A stretch of 64,000 bases of DNA from an uncultured delta proteobacterium. GTDB lineage: Bacteria; Desulfobacterota; Binatia; UBA9968. Numbering within the stretch: position 1 is the first letter of the stretch; every line of letters begins with the position of its first letter. Under the pieces are notes generated by a model. It was not told the origin of the DNA, made no database searches, and worked only from the letters and a program-made list of their open reading frames with translations. This document shows, one piece after another, positions 53,808 through 62,489 of this stretch. A program made the translations under genes and the position numbers. The stretch covers positions 320,001 to 384,000 of the forward strand of contig CAVXEP010000032.1 in NCBI GenBank assembly GCA_963760795.1. The letters run 5' to 3'.

Positions 53808-55431
53808 ATGGCGAAAATATTAGAATACGACGGCGTAATCATCGGCGCCGGCCACAACGGCATGATCTGCGCCGGTTATCTGGCCAAGTGCGGCCAGAAG
53901 ATCATGGTCGTCGAGAAGAATATGGAAGTCGGCGGCGGCTTGGATTCCCACGAGGACCGCAACTATCCCGGTTTCTGGCACAATATTCACTCGGTGTTTC
54001 ATCGCGGTTTGATGATGCTGCCCTGGTACAAGGATCTGGAGCTGGAAAATTTCGGCATTCACTACTACCGGCCCGACCCCGGAGTCGTGCACCATTTTCT
54101 CGACAAGACTTATCTCGGCTGGTTTTCCGACGTGAAGCAAGACCGTCGCGACCATCGAGCGTTTCTCCAAGAAAGACGCGTCGTCATTCATGGACATCTG
54201 GACGCGTTGGCAGCCGGTGGTGCAAAAGATTGTCTTTACCGAGACCTATGCCGTGCCGCTGCCGTTCGAAGAAAAAAAGCCGCTGCTCGAAAAGACGCCG
54301 GAAGGGCGCGAGTATCTGAAATATTTCGATACCACGCCGGAAGAGTTCGTCTTGCGCACTTCGAACATCCGCGCGTGCGCGCGTTTATTGGTTTCCTCGG
54401 TGTCATGCGCGGCTACGAACTGGACGCGCCGAAGACCGGTTATCTGATACCGGCGATGATCGCCTGGGGCGTCAATCCGCAACTCTGCCGCGGCACGTCA
54501 CATGCGCTGGGCGATAATCTGGCGCACATGATGTCGCACAATCATGTCGACTATATCGAAGCCAACGGTGTCGAGCGCATCTTGGTCGAAAAAGGCCAGG
54601 CAACGGCGGTGGTGTTGGAAGACGGCACGGTGATCAAGGCGCGCAAGTTCATCGCCTCCAACGTGAACCCGGTGGAGACCTTCATCAAATTGGTCGGTCG
54701 GGAGAATCTAGAAAATAAGTTTGCCACGCTCGCCGAAAACTTTCGCTTTTCCCAAAACCACGCCGATCTTCGCGACTAATCTGGCGTTGAACGAAAGACC
54801 TAAGTACATCACCGAGGAAAAACATCCCGAGGTCGCCGGCTCGTTCATGCATATCATCGGCTTGGAGGACTACGAAGATCTGCAAAACTTGTTCGAAGAT
54901 TGCCGCAACGGGCAGCTGCCGCGCAAACCGTTCATGAATGGCGCGACGCCGTCGTTTCACGATCCGACCCAAGCTCCGCCGGGCAAAGCTACTGCGTTTA
55001 TGTGGCAGCTCATGACCTACAATCTTTGGGGCAACCCGCAGAACTGGGACAAAGCGCGCGATGATTGGTTCAACAAACAACTGGCCGTTTGGCAAAAGTT
55101 CGCGCCCAACCTAAATGACGCCAACATTCTGTCGACCGATTCGACTACTCCACTCGACATCGAGCGCCATGACAAAAACATGTACTGCGGCGATTGGATG
55201 GTCGGCGAATATTCCGGCGATCAAGCATTAGAGAACCGCCCGTTTCCCGGTTGGGGCCAGTACAAGACGCCGATTGACGGGCTGTTCCTGTGCGGCTCGT
55301 CCTGCCATCCAGGTGGCAACATCACCGGTGCTCCTGGCTACAACGCGGCAAAAGTGATTGCCGAAAGCTTGGGATTGAAAACCTGGTGGCATCCGGTGGA
55401 CTTCCGTGAACATTTGAAAGGACTGCGATGA
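53808..55431 (+). CDS. Phytoene dehydrogenase-like FAD oxidoreductase (COG1233), copy 2; frameshifts
   Basis: IIGAGHNG, DPTQAPPGK, TPLDIER, YKTPIDGLFLCGSSCHPGG.ITGAPGYNAA. Confidence 0.88.
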
Positions 55432-55528
55432 AAAGTCTTAGCCCCGTTCAAGAGTTCAAACGTCCAAGGTTCAAGGTCAGAAACGATACCTTCCGAAGTC
55501 AAGTACTCCACCAATACGAGGTGCGGCT

Positions 55529-56272
55529 GTGAGGTTGGGCGGTCGTGTAGCCATCGTTACCGGCGGTGCGCGCCATATCGGCGCGGCATACTGCCGGCGC
55601 TTGGCGCAAGAAGGTGCCGCGGTCGTCATCGCCGATATTCTTGACGGCGAAGCGGTCGCGAGTGAGATTCGTTCGAAGGGCGGCAGCGCCCTGGCGCTTA
55701 AGGTCGATGTATCGAAGGAAGAAGATACCAACCGCATGGCAAGCGAAGCCGTGAAAGCATTCGGCCGTATCGATATTCTGGTCAACAACGCCGCCATCTT
55801 CATCAACATCCAGCGCCATCCGTTTTACGAAATTAGCGGCGACGAGTGGGACAAAGTCTCGGCGGTCAACATCAAGGGACCGTTTCTTTGCGCCAAGGCG
55901 GTCTTTCCACAGATGAAGGAGCAGAAGAGCGGCAAGATCGTCAACATCTCGTCTTCGACCGCCTACTGGGGCACGCCGAATTTCTTGCACTATGTCGCGT
56001 CAAAGGCCGCGCTCATCGGCATGACCCGCTCGTTGGCCCGAGAAGTCGGCGAGTTCGGTATCTGCGTGAACGCCATCGCTCCGGGTTTGGTCGAGCACGA
56101 AGGTCAGAACGCGCCCAAGGCACTAACCGAACTGCAATTGAAAGAGCGCTCGATCAAGCGGCTGCAAACGCCGGATGATCTGATGGGCACGCTGGTGTTT
56201 CTCTGCTCGTCCGACAGCGACTTCATGACCGGGCAGGCGATTGTCGTGGATGGGGGAAGCGTTTTTCATTGA
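55529..56272 (+). CDS. Short-chain dehydrogenase/reductase
   Basis: TGGARHIG, DILVNNAA, YVASK, VNAIAPG, FMTGQ..VDGG. Confidence 0.93.
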   Translation: MRLGGRVAIVTGGARHIGAAYCRRLAQEGAAVVIADILDGEAVASEIRSKGGSALALKVDVSKEEDTNRMASEAVKAFGRIDILVNNAAIFINIQRHPFYEISGDEWDKVSAVNIKGPFLCAKAVFPQMKEQKSGKIVNISSSTAYWGTPNFLHYVASKAALIGMTRSLAREVGEFGICVNAIAPGLVEHEGQNAPKALTELQLKERSIKRLQTPDDLMGTLVFLCSSDSDFMTGQAIVVDGGSVFH

Positions 56273-56312
56273 CGGCTGGTTCTCTCGTTCACTAAGGCCC
56301 AACGACATTTCG

Positions 56313-56833
56313 CTGACTGGAGCTATATCGCCGCACCGGCGAGTAGCTAATCGCACGAGTGTTTAACCCGGATTCCGCCGTAGGAAGTCTGCGAGAAGTT
56401 CGAACTAAAATAGCGCTTATCATCCAACAACTTGTTCCGTGGGACTCTACCTGGGCCGCAGTTGAAATCGGTAAAACCCCTCATAATGTCACTGTGCTGA
56501 AAGACGCAACCTAGAATCACTTTTTTCGTCTGTCGAAATTTTTCATAGCTAACTGCGTAATTAATCGTTGTAAACCCCGGCTTTGCCGGGGACTCCCAGA
56601 GTTTGACATTGCAGTGAGGCAAGACGCACTTGAAAGCGAATGAGAGCTTGAGAATTCATGATGTTCAAGTATTGTCTTTAACCCGTTTGCGAAAAGCCCC
56701 TTTGAGGGGCCAGTAAACGGCAAGCCTCCGGCTTTGCCAGAGGTCATGACTCGGGTTTAGTGAAAATCGCGCCGTTGCAGGGACTCTTCGGGCTCCGCTT
56801 CGGCCCGAGGTGGGTGATGTCGACGCAGTTCGA
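56313..56833 (-). mobile_element. IS91/ISCR ori-proximal segment, copy A, interrupted by an insertion of about 390 bp
   Basis: 56313-56365 and 56755-56833 align colinearly with 59433-59562. Confidence 0.75.
56571..56751 (+). mobile_element. Non-autonomous IS200/IS605-type miniature element
   Basis: Left hairpin CCCCGGCTTTGCCGGGG followed by ACTCCCAGAGTTTGACA; right hairpins GCCCCTTTGAGGGGC and CCTCCGGCTTTGCCAGAGG followed by TCATGACT; no tnpA. Confidence 0.7.
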
Positions 56834-56869
56834 CCTCTTGCGCGAGAACCCCAGCGAATGCTACGAGAG

Positions 56870-57120
56870 GAAGACAATCGGCGGTGAAATCATTGTGGCG
56901 GACAAAAGGGGCGTGTGTCGACCAGGGGTAGGTTTATTATCATGGGTGATGCCGACGATAGTTACGACTTTCTCGAAATTCCCAAACGTTTCGAGCGCCT
57001 ATCCACGAAGTTTATTGTGGGCTCCGTGGCTTCACAAGGTCCCTTTACAATCGTCTCCACCTCGTTTGCCCCGGGATCGAGTTTGCAATCGAGATGATTA
57101 TCAAGGCGTGCCTTTGGGGC
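56870..57120 (+). pseudogene. Collapsed GT2 glycosyltransferase relic
   Basis: IGGEIIVAD / GRFIIMGDADDSYDFLEIPK / FRAPIHEVYCGLRGFTR / EFAIEMIIKA match 58119..59333 in order, with internal deletions. Confidence 0.85.
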
Positions 57121-57139
57121 GAGACTCCTGGGGCGAGAC

Positions 57140-57405
57140 TATTACCGACTCGGGTGCTCAAGTTGTTTGCGCTGATCCGCGCTCCAGCGGCCCGCCGCAT
57201 GGAAAACTGAAACCGTGCGCGTTGGCGCAAAGACCCGGCGTGGAGGGCTTGTCTGTGCTCGGCACGCTTTGCAAGCTCAGCACCTTCAGCACCGCTCGTG
57301 GCCCCAGGGCGATGCGGTAGGTGCACGAGGCTGCGAGCAAAAGCGTGAGCGAGCGATCCTTATCCACTTCGGCGAGGTAGGTCATGCCTGGGCAAAGATC
57401 AGGTC
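57140..57405 (-). pseudogene. IS91-family transposase internal fragment
   Basis: GMTYLA..D....L.AASCTYRIALGPRA..KVLSLQ...LCANAHGFS...DQRKQLEH. Confidence 0.8.
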
Positions 57406-57420
57406 GAATTGCGAGATACA

Positions 57421-58110
57421 TCAGATGGGTTTTTGCGCCAACACTAAATACTGCGCTCCGAGCGGAAGCCAGGAGACATAGGCTTCGCTCCAACGGAGGG
57501 CACTCAGCACTTTGGGGAAGATGAACAAGTAGTCAGTTCGAAGAATTCGAAATCCTCTCGCTCGCAGCAATGCCCGCGTTGCTGAGGAGCTTAAGGTAAT
57601 CGCATCCCGGTCAAAGGGAATACGACTCATCACGTACCGAGTACCGGGGTTCCAGGGATTATTCTCCCAAAGAGCAAACATTCCTCCGGCCTTGAGCGAT
57701 TGGTAAACATGGTCCACGGCGCCCGCTCGCTCTGCCAAGGGGATATGATGGAACACCCCGTTGGAAAAGACCAAATCCACTGTACCGTCAGGATGGTGTT
57801 GTTCTATCGACAGAAATCGAGTGTGCTCGTTCGCATATTGGCGACGAGCTTTTTCGAGGAGTCCAACTGACTGGTCAATACCAAAATAAGATTGAACACC
57901 CGGTATACTCCTCAAGATCGGCGCACTGGACCCTATTCCGCAGCCAAAATCCAGAATCACCTTCGTGCTAACTTGCATAACCTGCAATCGCCTGATGAGC
58001 CATGCTACCCGGCCTCGTGCGAAATAGTCCTTGTCTTCACCCGAAACCGAGAGTCCCTCAGCTAATGCGGCATCGTAGTCATCCGCGTACTTGTCAAAGT
58101 GAGGTGACAT
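57421..58110 (-). CDS. Class I SAM-dependent methyltransferase
   Basis: FDKYADDY, ILDFGCGIG, VFHHIP, ENNPWNP, LGAQY. Confidence 0.9.
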   Translation of the reverse strand: MSPHFDKYADDYDAALAEGLSVSGEDKDYFARGRVAWLIRRLQVMQVSTKVILDFGCGIGSSAPILRSIPGVQSYFGIDQSVGLLEKARRQYANEHTRFLSIEQHHPDGTVDLVFSNGVFHHIPLAERAGAVDHVYQSLKAGGMFALWENNPWNPGTRYVMSRIPFDRDAITLSSSATRALLRARGFRILRTDYLFIFPKVLSALRWSEAYVSWLPLGAQYLVLAQKPI

Positions 58111-58118
58111 TTTCTCCA

Positions 58119-59333
58119 CTAGCGTCGGTGGATTCCCAAAAGACAGGCAAGAAAACTCGACAGGACAGTCTGAAATCCCAGGGCGGTCAGCGTCGCTCCC
58201 GGGATCACTAGTCTCATCGTGTGCGCATAATCGAGTGCGCCAAAACCTGTGGAATACCACCTATGGACTGCCGTTGTAAGCAAGACGCCTCCTATCAGGA
58301 GTGCACAGGCCCCTGCAATGAGCCCACGTTCAAGAGTCACTATTTGATAAAAGCGCGTCATGAATGGGTCTTCTGGAAGCAGCCTTTCACTAATCGCGAA
58401 AGTTTTTGCAAACACGGCAAACAAGATCGATTGATAACCCATTATTAGTGCCAGACTTGCAAAGAGAAGAGTATGCGCATCTAGAGTGACACCCATAAGA
58501 ACCAAGCCAGGCAATGCCAGCGCATAGCAAATAAGCCCAAAAAGAATCAAGAAACCACCCGGAATCAGGAAGAGCCAACGAGGACTGTACAACAAGAAGA
58601 ATCGAAGCGTCCTCCAGCCATCTCGAAATGTCTTGAGATGTGGTGCATGAGATTTTCGCCCGTCAGGGTGGAGCGTAATCGGCACCTCGGCAATGTTTTT
58701 CCGTCGAAGACTGGCATTGATGATCATCTCTGTTGCGAATTCCATTCCGGTGCAGCGCTGATTGAGATCATGATGTAGGCTCTTCGTAAATCCCCTAAGG
58801 CCACAGTAGACGTCATGAATTGGCGCATGAAACATCCGTTGGGCCATCTTCGAAAACATTGGATTGCCCAGCCATCGATGCAGAAAGGGCATGGCACCGG
58901 GAAGGATGCGCCCCCCTCCTGAAGGAAGCCGACATCCCTGGACCAGGTCAAAACCTTCTCTCAGTTTTGTGACAAATCGCGGCACCTCCAAGAAGTCGTA
59001 GCTGTCGTCCGCGTCGCCCATGATGACATACTTGCCGCATGCCGCATCAATGCCGCCCATCAGAGCGTTGCCATATCCCTTGGCCCGTACAGATATCACA
59101 CGTGCACCCATGCGTTCACCAATTGCTTGTGACCCATCGCTACTTCCATTGTCAGCGACTATGACCTCTCCAGAAATCCGGTGCTCTTGCAGTGCTCGGT
59201 GTGCTTTCTCAATGCACATCGCTAAGGTATCCGCCTCGTTGAGGCAAGGCATGACGATCGACACTTCCAGCGGCAATTCGTTTGAGGTCGCTACACGATT
59301 CTCTCGACTATGCCCTTGCTGCGCTACCTCCAT
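58119..59333 (-). CDS. GT2 glycosyltransferase (polyprenol-phosphate sugar synthase-like) with C-terminal TMs
   Basis: SIVMPCLNE, ADNGSSDGS, GYGNAL, MGDADDSYD, GMEFATEM, RDGWR; GGAGG near start. Confidence 0.92.
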   Translation of the reverse strand: MEVAQQGHSRENRVATSNELPLEVSIVMPCLNEADTLAMCIEKAHRALQEHRISGEVIVADNGSSDGSQAIGERMGARVISVRAKGYGNALMGGIDAACGKYVIMGDADDSYDFLEVPRFVTKLREGFDLVQGCRLPSGGGRILPGAMPFLHRWLGNPMFSKMAQRMFHAPIHDVYCGLRGFTKSLHHDLNQRCTGMEFATEMIINASLRRKNIAEVPITLHPDGRKSHAPHLKTFRDGWRTLRFFLLYSPRWLFLIPGGFLILFGLICYALALPGLVLMGVTLDAHTLLFASLALIMGYQSILFAVFAKTFAISERLLPEDPFMTRFYQIVTLERGLIAGACALLIGGVLLTTAVHRWYSTGFGALDYAHTMRLVIPGATLTALGFQTVLSSFLACLLGIHRR

Positions 59334-59402
59334 AATGATCCCCCAGTTGTCATGGACTTGGCTTCACGCGGCCCCCAACACACCGCTCAACAAATCGTTT
59401 AA

Positions 59403-59885
59403 GTCTATAGGAAATTTAAACACCCTCATTCTCTGACGGGAGCTATAGCGCCGCACCGGCGAGTAGTCAATCGCACGAATGTTTGGTAAAAATCGCGCTG
59501 TTGCAGGGGGAATCTTCGGATCGCGCTTCGGCCTGAGTTCGCGGATGTCGACGCTGTCTGACTGCCTGCGCGAGTGCCGATCGAGCCGGATCGTCGGCCA
59601 TTTTGCAGAACCGATCCTGGCTTGAGGATCACACCGCTTGGAATAGATCGACTCGCCGTTGGGGGGCACGCGGCGGGTGCGCTTAGGCAGCCCCAGATGG
59701 GCGAGGAATCTGACAATCACTGGCGGATCCTCGATGGCGGCGATGATCTTCAAGGTGCCGCCGCAGATCGGGCAGTTTTCGATGTGGAAGACCCGTTTGA
59801 GCAGCCTGGCCCAACTCATGCGCGCCGGCGTGCCCTGCGCGTGATCGGTTAAGTTGCTCGGTTGTAGGTTTTGCCGGAATCGGTA
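59403..59885 (-). mobile_element. IS91/ISCR-type remnant: transposase C-terminus plus downstream region ending in an oriIS-like sequence (copy B)
   Basis: MSWARLLKRVF..CP.CGGTLKIIAAIEDPPVI..LAHLGLP; minus-strand GTGTTTAAATTTCCTATAG at 59423-59405 resembles IS91/ISCR oriIS. Confidence 0.85.
59442..59470 (-). promoter_or_regulatory. Outward sigma70-like promoter within ISCR remnant B
   Basis: TTGACT-N17-TATAGC pointing at the GT2 gene. Confidence 0.6.
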
Positions 59886-59889
59886 ACGC

Positions 59890-61405
59890 TCAAAGCGAAG
59901 GTGTGGGAACAGAGGAGGGTTTGGTGGTTGCCTGGCTCCTCCGGATATAAAGCAGATAGTCTGGGGGGAAGTCGACTTTCATGTATTCCGTTCTTGCCAA
60001 ATCGGAAGACAAAGCTTCCGCTTTCTCTTTCCGGATGAGGATTACGTCACCCCAATTGCGCTGTGCGGCTCCAACAGGCACGAGTAATGAAAGATTTTTC
60101 AAATGGAAGCCGTTGTCCAGAACCATGAAGGTCAAATCGGGTACGTCAACCGTCACGGAAAACTTTCCTTGAAGCCCGGCCCTGTGAACGACCTCGGCGA
60201 GCCCTTTGAGACTCCGCCAGTTTATCAGCCCCAACCCATCAGCATTCGTTTCATAATGTCCCCGCAGCAGCCCTCCTTCATACCAGAGCCACGTCAGGAG
60301 TGCCAAACAGGCGACCACACTGGCTGCCCTCTTCCGGCGACCCACAATCGCAGCGAAGGCGCGGAAATCACAAAACGCGGCAAAGACCGGAAGTATCAAA
60401 GTAATCTCGAGGACCTTGCTCGCAAAAACGTATGACACGCCATACCAAAACGCCCCGACTGGATAGAGTCAGACTCGCAAGTGGCACTAGGACGAGACAC
60501 CTAAGGCTGCTGCGCTTGCGAATGATCTCGGCCAGACCGAGCAAGGCCGGTAAGATAAGAAGAATCGATGCTGTCTCACGCACTGCTCCGTGATAAGCAC
60601 GAAAGTATGGGCCCAACACGTGAAAGGATCCCTTGTAATGAGAAATCATTTGGTGGTTGAGGGGATCACCAGTGTAGTCGGCATAGACGGTTTGTCGCAA
60701 GTACAACTCTTTGCTCGGGTATGCTAGGTAACTGCCGTAAAGGGTGTGGACCGACGCGAGGAACAGGAAGGCACCACAGGTAATGACGTTCCTATTTCCT
60801 TGAATCAGTTCCCGCAGCAACAGCACCCCGAGCACGATTTCAGCGCCGGGACGAAAAAAGCTGGAAATCATCAGCAGAAACGCCCCAGCTTCTTGCCGGC
60901 GTTGATGGCAAAAAACATATAGTCCAAGCATGAGAAATGGCACGGAAAATCCTGGATTGTCCGCGCTTACTACGATCGTGTTCCATCCAACATTCGCAAC
61001 TAGGAGCAGCCATGCCACGAACCATGACCCACCCTCGTCCCGGGTCCACGCGCACAACAATACGACCATCCAAGCATTCAGGAGGATCGCTGCGATGCTT
61101 AGCGCGTGAAAGCTACCAAAGATGAGGTAAAACGAGCCGAATACAAGGATTGAGAGTAGTTTCGGTTGGGCTCCGCTGTCGACCGAACCGTAGATATCCG
61201 GATTCAGCAGCTTTATCAGCTGCGCGGCGGAAATAAAGCTGTCTCCATCCCAGCCGAAGCCGCGCTGGAACTGGAACACGAGTAGGCAGGCAACCGTTCC
61301 GGCCCATACGACGGCTGTATTCATTCCAGAGGCATCTTTCCACCACAGAAATGTTCCGCGCTCTTGCCTGGATGCCGTCTGGAAATCTCGCACCGATACC
61401 ACCAT
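59890..61405 (-). CDS. Polytopic membrane protein, GT-C/PMT-like glycosyltransferase candidate (frameshift near 60450)
   Basis: About 10-12 hydrophobic segments, WDGD in first loop, RP.AE motif, soluble C-terminus; no firm family signature. Confidence 0.6.
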
Positions 61406-61476
61406 TCAAGTAAATAAGGATTCTCTGATCAATACCCGACTCATACGAGAATTGTTGCACGAATCCACTACGTCCT

Positions 61477-61548
61477 ACTTTAAACACCCATTTTTCTGAC
61501 GGGAGCTTTATTTCCGAACCGGCTAACTGTCAAGCACACGAGTGTTTC
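61477..61548 (-). mobile_element. IS91/ISCR ori-proximal segment, copy C, with outward promoter
   Basis: TTTAAACACCC..TTCTGACGGGAGCT..CCG.ACCGGC..GTCAA..CACGAGTGTTT aligns with 59415-59484; TTGACA-N17-TAAAGC at 61533-61505. Confidence 0.75.
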
Positions 61549-61655
61549 CATGATCCGTTGATAAACAGCAGCACATCTACCCCACAGCCGGCGCAGAGCC
61601 CAATCAGCGGGCGCTAGCGGGGCGACGCAACCTCTCTGCTAACTGCCGAAGGCAC

Positions 61656-62231
61656 TATGACGAGTGTGACATAGTTGCCACCGCGATTAACTGGTGCAGT
61701 ACAAACATCACCCCCAAATATCCCAATTTTCGTTTTATACACGCCGACGTGTACAATACACACTACAACCCGCAAGGAAAATACCAGGCATCTGAGTACA
61801 GATTCCCGCATAAAGACGAGACCTTTGATTTTGTGCAACTCGGGTCTCTTTTTACACATCTCGTCCCCGAAAGCCTGGACCACTACCTAGCCGAGATCGC
61901 GCGGGTCTTGAAGCCCAATGGGATATCCATGATTACTTACTATCTGTTAACTCCTACGTCGCTAAGAGGCATTGAGGCGGGATGGGCCACTAACAAATTC
62001 CCCTTCGCATATGGTTCTGAAGTATGTCGCGTGGCGAACAAGGATGACCCTGAACACGTTGTTGCTTATGATGAAAATTTTATTAGGAGCATTTATCTGA
62101 AACACGGACTACATGTGGAAGAGCCTATTGTTCATGGTAAATGGTGGTGGGGAGATGCGGGCGATCAAGATATGATAAAAGGCGTGAAAGAAAGAAACCG
62201 TTCAACCCTTATTGATTCGAACCAACGCTAG
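61656..62231 (+). pseudogene. 5'-truncated class I SAM methyltransferase
   Basis: CDIVATAINWC..ITPKYPNFRFIHADVYNTHYNP, FDFV...SLFTHL, EIARVLKPNG; motif I (DxGCG) and start missing. Confidence 0.75.
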
Positions 62232-62489
62232 ACTCGGGGGAACGGATCTTTTGTCTTCAGGTGAGTCGGCCGCTCATGAACCACCAATACATACTGCTTT
62301 TTGAACCCAACGCTTAGCGAAGCTGCGTCACCGCCAGGATTTGCAAACAAAAGCAAACAAAAGAGAGACAACTCTTTATCTTTGACATTCATTTTCCGTC
62401 GCCAACCGATTCTACCCGAGAACTTCAAAAGTAAAAATTTGACTGCTTTACGCTGACCCTTCTCTGCTCATCCAAAGCGTTAAGCAATC

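Noticed and set aside
52119-55431. Carotenoid biosynthesis (crtI/crtO)
   Set aside because: No crtE/crtB or cyclase nearby; context with an SBP and SDR looks catabolic.
37959-55476. GTTCCA/GTTCAA arrays as CRISPR repeats
   Set aside because: Units are 8-9 bp, directly tandem and inverted, with no 25-40 bp repeats separated by unique spacers and no cas genes.
59364-59819. Intact 151-aa gene or active IS91 transposase
   Set aside because: Only the last ~60 residues of the transposase are present, then read-through into non-coding ori DNA; catalytic motifs are absent.
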